DNA of 64,000 nt, taken from the NCBI GenBank assembly GCA_009914755.4, contig CP086569.2, positions 11,360,001-11,424,000 on the forward strand, written 5' to 3'. Position numbers and translations under genes: made by a program. Origin of the DNA: the human T2T-CHM13v2.0 reference genome, Homo sapiens. Shown here one piece after another: positions 49,380 through 64,000 of the stretch. The notes beneath the pieces are model-generated. The model was not told the DNA's origin. It saw only the letters and a list, made by a program, of their open reading frames with translations, and did not search any database. Every line of letters begins with the position of its first letter. Positions within the stretch are counted from its first letter, which is position 1.

Positions 49380-49620
49380 CTAAGAAAGACAGGGAAAATG
49401 TAGTCATCTAAAATCATCAATGAAAACTGCAAAAGGCAGAAAAAGAGTGGTAGACAAAAGAATGGAGACTGAGGAGAATGAATAGAAAACAGTGACAAAT
49501 ATAGTAGATATTAATCCAATGATATCAATAATCACTTTGAATGCTAATGGTATGAATGTACCAATTCAAAGATAGAGATTGTCAGAGTCTATCAAAAGAC
49601 AGACACATCTTGTTTCACTG
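49380..49620 (+). mobile_element. L1 ORF2 5'-region fragment (old)
   Basis: 'atatcaataatcactttgaatgctaatggtatgaatgtaccaattcaaagatagagattgtcagagtctatcaaaagacagacacatc' corresponds to the L1 ORF2 start ('..ataactttaaatgtaaatggactaaatgctccaattaaaagacacagactggcaaattggataaagagtcaagacccatc'). Confidence 0.7.
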
Positions 49621-50319
49621 CGCTTTGCTTTATTGTGTTTTGTGACCATGCATTTTACATATTGAAGGTTTGTGGCCACCCTGCAATAAGCAGGTCTCAC
49701 TGGCACCATTGTTCCTACAGCACGTGCTCACTTCATGTCTCTGTGTCACATTTCGGTCATTCTTACAGTATATTAAGCTTTTTATTATTGAATCTGTTAT
49801 AGTGATCTGTAATCAGTGATCTTTAATGCTACTGTTGTCATTGTTTTGGGAACCACAAATCACACCAGGATAAGACAGCAAACAATTGACAAATGTGTTT
49901 GTTCTGACTGCCCCACCAATGGGCCATTTCTCTTTCTCTCTCTTTCTCTCAGGCTTCTTTTTATTAATATTAAAATGTGGCCAATTAATAACCCTACAAT
50001 AGCCTCTATATGTTCAAGTGAAAGAAGAGTTGCATGTCTGTCACTTTAAACCAAAAGGAAGAAAAAATTAAGCTTAGTGATGAAGGCATGCTGTAAGCAA
50101 GACAGGCCAGTAGCTAGACCTCATGCAACACTTAGCCAAGTTGTGAATGCAAAGGAAGTGTTCTGGAAAGAAATTTAAAGTACTACTCCAGTGAATACAT
50201 GAATGATAAAAAGCTAAACAATCTTGCTGCTGTTATGATGGAAGTTTAATTGGTCTAGATAGAAGATTAAAAAAAAACAAAAAAATTCCATTAAGCCTAA
50301 GCCTAACTCTCTTTTTACT

Positions 50320-50620
<301 letters not shown>

Positions 50621-51480
50621 CTCCCTTCAATTCTATGAAGACTTAGAGAGGTGAGGCAGCTGCAGAAGAAAAGTCTGAAGCTAGAAGAGCTTGTTTCTTG
50701 AGGTTTAAGGAAAAAAGTCATCTCCATAACATAAAAGCGCAAGATAAAGCAGCAAGTACTGATGGAAAAGCTGCAGAAAGCTATCTAGAAGATAATTGAT
50801 TAAGATGGCTACACTAAACAGATTTGCAATGGAGACAAAACTGCCTTCTACTAGAAGGAGATGCCATCCAGGATGTTCCCAGCTAGAGAGGAGTTGATGC
50901 CTGGCTTTAAGGCTTCAAAGGACATGCTGACTCTTTTGTTAAGGCCTAATGCAATTGGTGATGTTAACTTGAAACCAATGATGATTTACTATTCTGAAAA
51001 TCCAAGGGCCCTGAAGAATTATGATAAAACACAGCTCTGCCTGTACTCTACAAATGGGAACAAAGCCTGGATGTCAGACTATCGGTTTACAAATATGGTT
51101 TACTGAATATCTTAAGCCCACTGTCGACAACTACTGCTCAAGAAATAAGATTCCTTTCAAAGTATTACCACTCACTGACAATGCCGCTGGTATTCAAGGG
51201 TTTTTACAGAGATGTATAAAGAGCTGAATATTGTTTTCATGCCTACTAAGCTAACATTCATTCTGGTGCTCTTGGATCAAAGAATAATTTCAACTTTCAA
51301 GTCTTATCACTTAAAAAATATATTTCATAAAGCTATAGCTTCTCTAGAAAGTGATTCCTTTGATGGATCTGGGCAAAATGATTGAAAACCTACTGGAAAG
51401 GATTCACCATTCTAGATGCCATTGAGAACATTCATGATTTAAAAAAGAAGATCAAAATAACAACATTAGGAGAAGTTGGG

Positions 51481-51790
<310 letters not shown>

Positions 51791-52350
51791 TTGGGAAGAT
51801 TATTCCAACCCTCACAAATGACACAGGGGTTCACGACTTCTGTGGAGGAAGTAACTGCAGATATGGTGGAAGTAACAAGAGCACTAGAAAGAGCCTGAAG
51901 ATCTGGTGAGACTGCAGCAGCCTCTGGAGAAAACGTGAGAGGATGAGTTGCTCCCACGGATGAGCAAAGAAAGTGGTTTCTTGAGATGAAATCTACTCGT
52001 GGTGAAGACAGTGTAAACAATATTGAGATGACAACAGATTTAGAATAAACTTGGTACAGCAGAAGGAAGGCTTGACAAGATTGAACCCAGTGATTTACAA
52101 TAATACATAAACTTAGTTGGTACAGCAGTACGAAGGTTTGACAGCATTGAATCCAATTTTGAAAGTTCTACTGTGGGTAAAAAGCTATCATCGTATGCTA
52201 CAGTTAATTCTTTTGTGAAAGGGAGAGTCAATTGACACAGCAACCTTCAACGTTGTCTTATTTTAAGAAATTGCCACAGCCACCCCAACGCTCAGCAACC
52301 ACCACCTTACATTAACATAAGACCCTCCATCAGCAAGAAGACTGAAACTT

Positions 52351-52615
52351 GGCCAGGTGCAGTGGCTCACACCTGTCATCCCAACACCTTGGGAGGCCAA
52401 GGTGGGTGGATTGCTTGAGCCCAGGACGTCAAGGCAACATGGCAAAACCCCATATCTACAAAAAAAAAAAATACAAAAATTAGCTGGACACGGTGGCATG
52501 CACCTGTAGTCCCAGCTAGTCAGGAGTCTGAGGTGGGGGTTTGATTGAGCATGAGGTTGAGGCTGCAATTACTCCAGCCTGAGCCACAGAGTAAAACCCT
52601 GTCACACACACACAA
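52351..52615 (+). repeat. Alu element
   Basis: 'ggccaggtgcagtggctcacacctgtcatcccaacaccttgggaggccaaggtgggtggattgcttgagcccagga..'. Confidence 0.85.
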
Positions 52616-52888
52616 AAAGATTGCAGCTTTCTGAAGGCTCAGATGACTGTTAGCACTTGTTAAAAATAAAGTATTTGTAAATTAAAGTGTGCATACTTTG
52701 TAGACATATGCTATTGCACACTTTATACAGCACAGTATAAACATACTTTTACATGCACTGGGAAACCACAAGAAATTGTATAACACTTTATTGCAGTGGT
52801 CTGGAACCAAACCCACATATATCTCTGATGCATGGCCGTCCTGTATTGTACACTTACAAAAATACTTAAGAGGGTATATTTTAGGTGA

Positions 52889-53210
<322 letters not shown>

Positions 53211-53334
53211 CATTTTTTAAAAAGGGTGAGAATGAGAAATATATGGGGGGTGATGGTCAAGTTTACGGTATTATTTGTTGTGATGAGTCCTGGGGCGAAT
53301 ATTTATCTCTATACTCATTAAGATGTATATATTC

Positions 53335-54305
<971 letters not shown>

Positions 54306-54453
54306 TTTTTAAATATATATAATTAAAAATTAATAAAAAACAGGTATTTGCAAGTTTCCGTTTTGTTATATGCTTATTATTCTTTATCTTTATGTCAGGT
54401 AGCTGTGTCAATACACTTAGGAGATCATAGTTTCTAAATTGAAATACAAATAA

Positions 54454-54798
<345 letters not shown>

Positions 54799-54989
54799 TA
54801 AAATTTACATTTCTGAGTTAAGAATGCTTAAAATATTATAAAAACAGAAGCACAATTCATTATGTGTTTCATTAATTACCTTTATTAAAAACAACACAAT
54901 TATATTACAATAGGACAAAAAATGTTTAAACAAATGAAAACGAAACCATGACACACCCAAACTCAGGAGGAGGCAACAAAGACAGTGCT

Positions 54990-55170
54990 AAAGGGAAGCT
55001 TACAGCTGCAGATGCTTAAATTAAAAAGAAGAAAGATCTCAAACCCATGCTAAAGGGAAGCTTACAGCTGTAGATGCTTAAATTAAAAAGAAGAAAGATC
55101 TCAAACCCTTGCTAAAGGGAAGCTTATAGCTGCAGGTGCTTAAATTAAAAAGAAGAAAGATCTCAAATCA
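54990..55170 (+). repeat. 3x tandem triplication of a ~62-bp L1 ORF2 segment
   Basis: 'gctaaagggaagcttacagctgcagatgcttaaattaaaaagaagaaagatctcaaaccc[a/t]t' occurs three times head-to-tail. Confidence 0.8.
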
Positions 55171-56197
55171 ATAACCTAACATTACACCTGAAGGGGGGAG
55201 AAAAAAACTAATGACAAACCAAGCAAAAGGAAGAAAATAACAGATTAGAGCAGAGATAAGCAGAATAAGGTCAGAAAAAAAAAGGAAAAAAAACCCACTG
55301 AGTTTGTTTTTTTAAAGATCAATAAAAGTTTTAAAACTCACAGCTATATTAAGAAAAAAAGAGAAATCTCAAATACTAAAATCATAAATAAAAGAGGTGA
55401 CAGTACAACAGATGCCACAGAAATGAAAAATATTACAAGAGACTAATGTGAGCAGCCATATGCCACAAAACTGGACAACCTAGAATAAACTTATAAATTC
55501 CTAGAAACACAAACCACCATACTGCATCACGGAGAAATAAAAAATCCAAAGAGACCTGTAACTAGTAAGAAGATTCAACCAGTAATCAAAAACACCACCA
55601 AAAAGAAAATTCCAGGTCCGGATAACTTCACTGGAAAATTTTACCAAACATTTCAAGAAGAATTAATGCCAGTCCTCTGCAAAATATTCCAAAAATGTTC
55701 AAAAACCAGAAGGGGACATTCCAATCCATTCTATCAGGTCAACATTTATCTGGTTCCAGAGCCAGATGAACACCTTTTGTAATAAAAACACTCAAAGAAT
55801 TAGTAATATATGGAAACTCCTCAGTAAATAAAGATTATACGTGAAAAGCTCACAGCTAACATCATACTCAATGGTGAAAGACTAAAATCTTTTCCTCTAG
55901 GATCAGGAATAAGATAGCAACATCTCTTCCTGCCACTTCTATTCATCACAGTACTGGAATTTCTACTCAGAATAGTTAGTCAAAAGAAAGTAATAAAAAG
56001 GATGCAAATTGGGAAGGAAAAAGTACAAAATTTTGTTCACAGACAACAGGATGTAATGGGTAAAAATCCTGAAATTCCCAAAATACTGGTAAAATAATGA
56101 AATTCAACAAAATTTCAGGATACAGTAACACACACAAGTCAGTTGCATTTCCATAAACTAACAATGAACAATCTGCAAATAAAATTTTAAAAAGAGA

Positions 56198-56965
<768 letters not shown>

Positions 56966-57689
56966 CTACAAAACACTGTTGAAAGAAATTAAACACAAAT
57001 AAATGAAAAGAAAAGCTGGGTTTGCAGATTAGATGATTTCATCTTGGAATGATGTCAACACTACTCGAAGTGACCTAGATTCAATACAATCCTTATAAAG
57101 ATTCCAATGACATTTTTGATAAACAGAAAAACCTATCCTAAAATTCATATGGAATCGCCAGGGCCCATGAATAGGCAAATCAATCTTGAAGCAGAACAAA
57201 ATTAAAGGTCTCAAAACAATTACATAACTGCAATAAGCCAAAAAAAATGTGGTCATGGCATAAGACATACTTGACACACTTATGGACCAACACAACAGAG
57301 ACCTCAGAAACCAACCCTGGCATATATGGTCTGATGATCTTCCACAAGGATGCCAAGACCACTTAATGGCGAAGGACAGTTTCTTCAACAAATGGTGTTG
57401 GGAAAATTGTATATCTACATGCAAAACAATGAAGTTGGACTCTTACCTTACACCACGTTAAAATTAATTCAAAGTGAATTATAAACCTAAATGTAAAACT
57501 AGAACTATCAAACTCCTAGGGAAAACAAATTTGGAAAATGCTTTATGACGATGAATTTGTCAATAATTTTTAGGATATGACATTAAAAGCTCAGGCAGTA
57601 AAAGCAAAAATATATCAAACCTAAAAACTTCTGTACCACAAAGGTCACAACCAACAGGGTAAAAGGCAAACTGTAGAATAAAAGAAAAT

Positions 57690-57905
57690 ACCAGTTGAGT
57701 GTCCCTTATTTGAAATGCTTGGGATGTATTTCAGATTTTGTAATATTTGCATTATTCTTACTGGTTGAGCATCTCGAATTCAAACACCTGAGTCTGCGAT
57801 GCTCCAATAAGCATTTCCTTTGAGTGTCATGTTGGCACTCAAAAAGTTTCAGACTTTGGAGCATTTCGGATTTCAGATTTTTGGATCAGAGACATTCAAC
57901 CTATA
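57690..57905. mobile_element. palindromic MITE-like DNA-transposon fragment (same TIR family as 3990-5265)
   Basis: 'gagtgtcccttatttgaaatgcttgggat..ggttgagcatctcgaattcaaacacctgag..ctccaataagcatttcctttgagtgtcatgttggcactcaaaaagtttcagactttggagcatttcggatttcagatttttggat'. Confidence 0.55.
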
Positions 57906-59404
57906 GTTGCACATCATGTATCTCATAAGTGAACATTCAGAATACGTAAAGTACTCCTACAGAGAGACTACCAGAAGCAGAGAGGAGCAAACACATTTTC
58001 ACACTAGGGCACCTCCTATCTCTCCTGGATTCCAATTAGGGCAGAGTAAGTGCTAGTTCTCTGCCAACCCAGGATTAGGCCCTGGAGCTGCAGTGAAAAT
58101 AATCACAGACGAAAACTAAGAAATAAAAAATGGAGAAAGTGAGACATCAAACTAAAATTACTAGAAACCCTCAGGAAGAAGGAAAAAGAAACCAAGAAAA
58201 CAGAAAAACAATTAAACCAGTTAATTAAACCTTGGCATGACCAGAAGATCAGAGTTTCCTAAAGGAGTGGAAATTTATTGATTTGAAGAGGATTTATTGA
58301 TTACTGATATGAAGAGGAAGAAAAACCATGAATGGTCTAAAGCAAAAGCCTAGTGTCTGAAGAAGTCAATAGGGTGAAAACAAGAGCTGGCCAGAATATC
58401 CACAGATGGTGATAAGTTGGCAAAGCCTTTACTAGACTACTCGTGAGGCTAACTAGAGGCCAAGGAGCCAACACTGCCCCTGTCCTTACAGAGAGACCCT
58501 ACACAGGATTCCCAGATATACATGGAAGGACAACATCTTATCAGGTCCTCTCTGTGCAGATGTGGTTATCATTCCAAATAATGAGCTCCAGCCCCAAGAC
58601 TGTTCCATCCTCAATTGCTTTGAGTGGGCAATATAGGCTCTCCACACACGAGCTACATGTAGGTTCCTTGGGTACCCAGATGGGAGCCATGAAACACAAA
58701 CCCTCCATGGTCAGGTCTGTATTTGTTTCCTGCCTTTTTCCCAGCAATCCCCAGGCACCAGCAGCGGTGGTCTACCTCTGCTGATTCTCAGTCAGAATCT
58801 AAACTTAGAAACAATTATAACCTAGACCCCAATTCTACCTGAAAGTAACAGAATAACATAATCTATACCCTGCAGCATGACTGTTTGCCCAACGTAATGA
58901 GGATGAACTGAGAGATAATGAATCATCATGACCCTGGCCCAAGTAATGAGAATGAACTGTGAGATAAATGAATGATCATGACAAAAAACCCCGCTACAAC
59001 CCAACAACAAAATAAAGTGATTAAAAAATGGACAAACAACATTTATCCAAAGATGCAAAGATGATATACAATAGCCAAAAGATACATGAGATATATGAGA
59101 AGATGTGTAACATCACTAGTCATTAGAGAAATGCAAAAAGAAACCACAATGGGACATCACTTCAAACCCAACAGAAAGTAACAAGCGCAGGTGAAACTGA
59201 AACCCTTGAATACTGTTGGTGGAAATATGAACTGGCTCCTCAAAAAAAATAAAATAAAATGACCATATGATCCAGCCATCCAACTACTACAGAGACAGAA
59301 TAACTAGTAGCAGGACCTCAAACAGATATGTGCACACCTAAGTTCACAGCAGCATTACACAGCCACAAGGTGGAAAAAACCAAAACGTCCATCCAGGAAT
59401 AGGT

Positions 59405-59500
59405 GGATAAACAAAAGCATATATATATATGATATATATTATATATATATAATATATATAATGTATGTATATAATATATATGTAATATATATATAATATA
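59405..59500. repeat. (TA)n-rich simple repeat
   Basis: 'atatatatatatgatatatattatatatatataatatatataatgtatgtatataatatatatgtaatatatatataatatatatat'. Confidence 0.85.
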
Positions 59501-59850
59501 TATATGAAGAAATATTATTCAGCCATAGAAAGGAAGAAAATCGTGACACATCTGACACATAACATGGAACCTACTTACAAAACAACAAATATTATATAAC
59601 CCTAGGTATATAAGCCAAATTTTTAGAAACACAAAGTAGAATAGTACTTGCCAGGAGGTGGAAGGAGGGGGAAATTAATAGTTGTTGAATGGGTATAGAG
59701 TTTTCCAAGATAAAAAAAAATCTAGAAATCTGCTACACAACACCGTAAATATTCTTAACTCTACAAAACTGTATACTTACAACTGGTTATGACGGTAAAT
59801 TTTAAGGTATGTGTTTGTTACCAAAATCCTAAATAATAAATTATTTCTAA

Positions 59851-60155
<305 letters not shown>

Positions 60156-60261
60156 AAAATTATTTCAAAAAGCCAAAATATTAATCAAACTGGAATATTT
60201 AGAAATATTTAACCCAAAAGAAGTTAGGAAAAAATATATAGAAGATCAAAACACAGACGAA

Positions 60262-60565
60262 GGCCAGACATGGTGGCTCATGCCTGTAATCCGAACACTT
60301 TGGGAGGCCAAGGTGGGTAGATTGCTTGAGCTCAGGAGTTCAAGACCAGCCTGTGCAACATGGCAAAACCCTATCTCTACAAAAAATATAAAAATTAGTC
60401 AGGTGTGTTTCTATGCGCCTGTAGTCCCAGCTACTCAGTGGGCTCAAGTGAGGATTGGTTGGGCCTGGGAGGCAGAGGTTGCAGTGAGCCAACATTGCAC
60501 CATTGCACTACAGTCTCGGTGACAGAGCAAGACCCTGTCTTAAAAAAAAAAAAAACAAACAAATA
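60262..60565 (+). repeat. Alu element with A-tail
   Basis: 'ggccagacatggtggctcatgcctgtaatccgaacactttgggaggccaaggtgggtagattgcttgagctcaggagttcaagaccagcctg..'. Confidence 0.85.
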
Positions 60566-61739
60566 GAAAATAAGTAGAAAAATGGCAGACCTAAATCCAA
60601 CCTTAGCAATGATTAGTTACAATGTAACTTGACAAATACTCTACTTAAGAAAGAGACTGCCAGACCTGAGAGGAAAGCAAGACCCAACAATATGGCTTCC
60701 ACAGAGACACAATTTAAATACAAAGACACAAAGTATGAGAAAAAATATGCTATGCAGACACTAATAATAAAAATATGCTATCCAGACACTAATCATAAAA
60801 AGCTTCAAAGGAGACGTTAACACTAGATGAAAGAGGCTCCAGAACAAAATATATCACCAGAAATAAACAAAGTAATTTCATAAAAATAAAAGAATCAGAG
60901 AGGATGATGTTACAATTATAAATTGTGCCTCAAAGTGCACACAAAGTACACACACACACAGAGTCTCAAATTATGTGAATCAAAAACACAGAACAAAAGC
61001 AGGAAATTGACAATCCAAAATTATAGCTGGTGAATTTATACTGCTCTCTCAGTAACTGATGGAACAACCAGTTAAAGATATAGGAAAAATACGGATCTAA
61101 ATGACACAATCCGGACCCAAAGGGTACTTGGCAGTACCAAGATAGACTGTATGTCGATCAATTGAGAAAATGTTCAAGCATGAAATAGTATACAAAGTAT
61201 GTTGCCTGAACACCTGAAATTAAATTAGAAACCAACAACAAATTGATATCCAGAAAAGCCTCAAATGTCTGAAAACCAAGTAATAAACTTTGAAATACCC
61301 TGTGAGTCAAAAAAGTATTCACAAGGGGAACTGGAATGTATTTGGAACAAACTTGTTATAAAAATCATATTTCTGGTAGACTAAAGGTGACAACTTCTTT
61401 CCTGCTCCTCTCTCTGTGAGAACCAATTCCCCTTAAACCTTGTCCAGACTACTGACTTGCTTGGCCAACAAAAGGTGACAAAGGTGGTATTTGGGGACTT
61501 CAGAAGCCAGGCTGAGAAAACAGAACACTTATCCAGGAGAAAGCCAGTCACCAAGCAGGAAATCCCACTCCCCTGAGACCCCATGATGGAAACCACACGG
61601 GCAGTCCATGACTAGCTACACGCATTGACATCCCCCACTGACCCTCCAGCAACACCGACTCCCAACCACTAGTGAGCCTTCAGCAACATCCACTCCCTAC
61701 CACTAGTGAGCCACCCTGCACACCACCCCACTGTGCTTT

Positions 61740-61900
61740 CACACAATCCAGCTTGGCTGCAACTGTGTGTGAGATGAGCTGGCCACCAAGACTCTCTAAG
61801 CCAAAAAACAAGTAATAGTGAGTTGTTTTAAGCTGCCAAGTTTTGGGGATGGTTTCTTCAGAATAGATAACTGGAACAGAATATGGTAGCTGGAAATGAG
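61740..61900. repeat. LTR (MaLR-type?) terminal fragment
   Basis: 'gtgagttgttttaagctgccaagttttggggatggtttcttcagaatagataactggaac' resembles the common LTR end '..ttgttttaagccactaagttttggggtaatttgttacacagcaatagataactaatac'. Confidence 0.4.
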
Positions 61901-62642
61901 CCGCTGTGGTAATCAGAAGTTACAATATGTGCCACGACTGTGAGGCTGACCTGTAACTGGGCCTCAAGGAGACCATTCATGCAACCTGGAAGGGCATCAA
62001 GACTCTTGGTCAGGGCCTGAAGGACGGTGAGAAAATGTCATTGGAAACTGGGGAAAAGGCCTGAGAGTTATGTGCTGAGGGACTGTGAGAAAACTATGGC
62101 CACAACATGGAAACTGAAAGGGCACTGCACCATCTCAGGGGTCTGCCTAAGGAGACATCTGGGAAGAACATGGAAAGTGCTACCAGCCTCCCCTAACTGT
62201 CACTGAATAAATATGACAGGAGAGGGACATGATCTAAAGAAGGAAGTTCAGTTTTCAAACAAAATTTAGAGAAAATAAAAAGAAATAATTTCTTGTCTCA
62301 AAAGGCCAAAGGAAAAAAAAAAAGAAAAGGAAAAAAAACTAAAAAGAAGCCATTGAATACCCTATTGACCATAAGAAAAAGGCAGAGAAAGTTGGTCAAC
62401 GGCAACCCAGGCACTGAAGGAAAAAGAACATGGAGAATGACAAAAGCCGAGAGGGAGGAGTAAAAGGACACAAACGCCGTTCTCAGGGACAAGGACTAGG
62501 CGCCGTTCTCAGGGACCTGGACTGGGCACTAATCACAGAACTGTAACAGGCGCCCCATGGGAATGACCAACTGTTAGATGGGGCCTGCAGGGCAGCACCT
62601 CCCTCCTGCCTCCCACCAACAGCTTCTAAACGGAAATGCTGA

Positions 62643-62890
62643 CTGTTTTCACACCAGTCCCCTCACTGTGGCTGAGTGTGTGGGCACAGATGATAGGTCA
62701 CAAAAACCTGATTCAGTCCTCACTGTGGCTGAATGTGTCAGGGGCAGACGACAGGCCACCACAACCTGATTCAGTCCTCACTGTGGCTGTGTGTGTGGGG
62801 GCAGATGACAGGCCACCACAACTTGATTCAGTCCTCACTGCGGCTGAGTGTGTGTGGGTGCAGGTGACAGGCCACCACAACCTGATTCAG
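62643..62890. repeat. minisatellite, ~58-bp unit x4
   Basis: 'cactgtggctga[g/a]tgtgt[gggcacagatgataggtcacaaaaacc / caggggcagacgacaggccaccacaacc]tgattcagtcct' occurs four times head-to-tail. Confidence 0.85.
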
Positions 62891-64000
62891 GATTCAGTTG
62901 GGCTACCAGCCAGTGCCATAAGGAAAACCATTCTGGGACTCTTGAGAGGGGCAAAGAATAATTTGCATGTGGGAGAAGCGTTAATAGTTTGTGGCCAGAG
63001 GACAAGCTGTGGCTTATTAAAGACTGCTGCAGGTTCCTACTATGCTTCTCATCAAGAGGTGGAATCTAATCACCTTTCCCCCTTGAATCATGGCTGGTCT
63101 CAGTGATGAGTACGACTGGACAGTGTGGCAGCAGAGATGCTCTGGGACTTCTGAGGGATGATCATGAGAGACCTTACAGCTTCTGCCTGGGCCTCGTGGA
63201 CACACACCCTGGGAGAAGTCAGACAAACCTGACTACCTGACACTGCCAGACTGGGAGGAAGTCCGTGCTGGCCACAAAGAGAGGGCTCGGTGCCTGCTCC
63301 ATGTCCCCAGCCACTAGAGTCCTTCTGGGTGCCTGCTTCAAGTCCCCCACCATTAGAGTCCTTCCAGATGAGACCAGGGACATCATGAAGCAGCTAACCC
63401 ACACTGCCCTGTCCAGTGTCTTGACCCAGAAAATTGTGACATGTAAAAAGAATAAATTCCTGGTTTAAGCCAGTAAGGTTACTGGTACATTGTTACATCT
63501 CAGATAATTAAAACCCTGAAAAACTCATGAGAGATCCCAAGTAAAACCTTGATCTGAAACATGGCATGTGGCGATTTATATTGAGTATTAGGTTAAAAAT
63601 ACAAGAATGGAGCATAGTTAATATTTTACGTTAAAGCTAAAACTATAATTGCCCACTTAAAATTTTTCAGTTAATTAGGTTTTCACTTTTTGTTCTTAAC
63701 CAAGAAATCAACTAGTTTTAGTACATAAACAGTTGGAACTGATGCACACATCCGTTTTTCCTTACTAATTTTAAGCAGCTATCTGAAATAGGAAGGGTAA
63801 TATAATCTTTAAAGAATCTGAAAACATGACAGAAATGTTTAAACTATAAACATATATTGTAAATGTTAGCATATTATATACATTGCATATTAACATAAGC
63901 TAAAATCATTGACATAAATTTATATACAAAAAAGGTAGAAAATATGACAATGTTCTTCTTGTTTTTTTGTCTTTGCATATTTCTTTATTGGCCCTTGTCA

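Overview
This window is human/primate nuclear DNA, not prokaryotic, so there are no operons, CRISPR arrays, tRNA or rRNA genes. It looks like a pericentromeric segmental-duplication mosaic. The first 10.5 kb is AT-rich and repeat-laden (Alu, old L1 pieces, a DNA-transposon remnant) and carries an isolated asparagine-synthetase (ASNS) pseudo-exon. A sharply bounded GC-rich block (~10.5-22.8 kb) contains a spliced, six-exon tektin-4-like gene copy on the minus strand. It carries the tektin nonapeptide RPNMELCRD, an AATAAA signal and CpG-rich 5' sequence. It appears disabled by two frameshifts, a missing splice donor and an AG->AA splice acceptor, so it is most likely a TEKT4P-type pseudogene. 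A second GC-rich block (~29.4-30.7 kb) is CpG-dense and carries an unidentified protein-like ORF. Around 33.1-35.2 kb a CpG island with internal tandem repeats drives a first coding exon that matches the N-terminus of the ANKRD20A ankyrin-repeat family. It reads MKLFGF...DKQHR followed by a GT donor. Downstream lie a ~650-820 bp tandem repeat (3 copies, 37.56-39.66 kb), an unclassified interspersed repeat, a ~19-20 bp minisatellite (41.94-42.86 kb) and a ~4.4 kb array of a 48-bp satellite (43.17-47.55 kb, about 90 units, CER-like). The last 16 kb is a very old L1 in plus orientation, fragmented by about 10 Alu insertions and small tandem duplications. Among interpretable features, the only coding sequence is the ANKRD20A-like exon 1, and it may itself belong to a pseudogene copy. 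Most long ORFs in the track are artefacts of GC-rich or satellite DNA.
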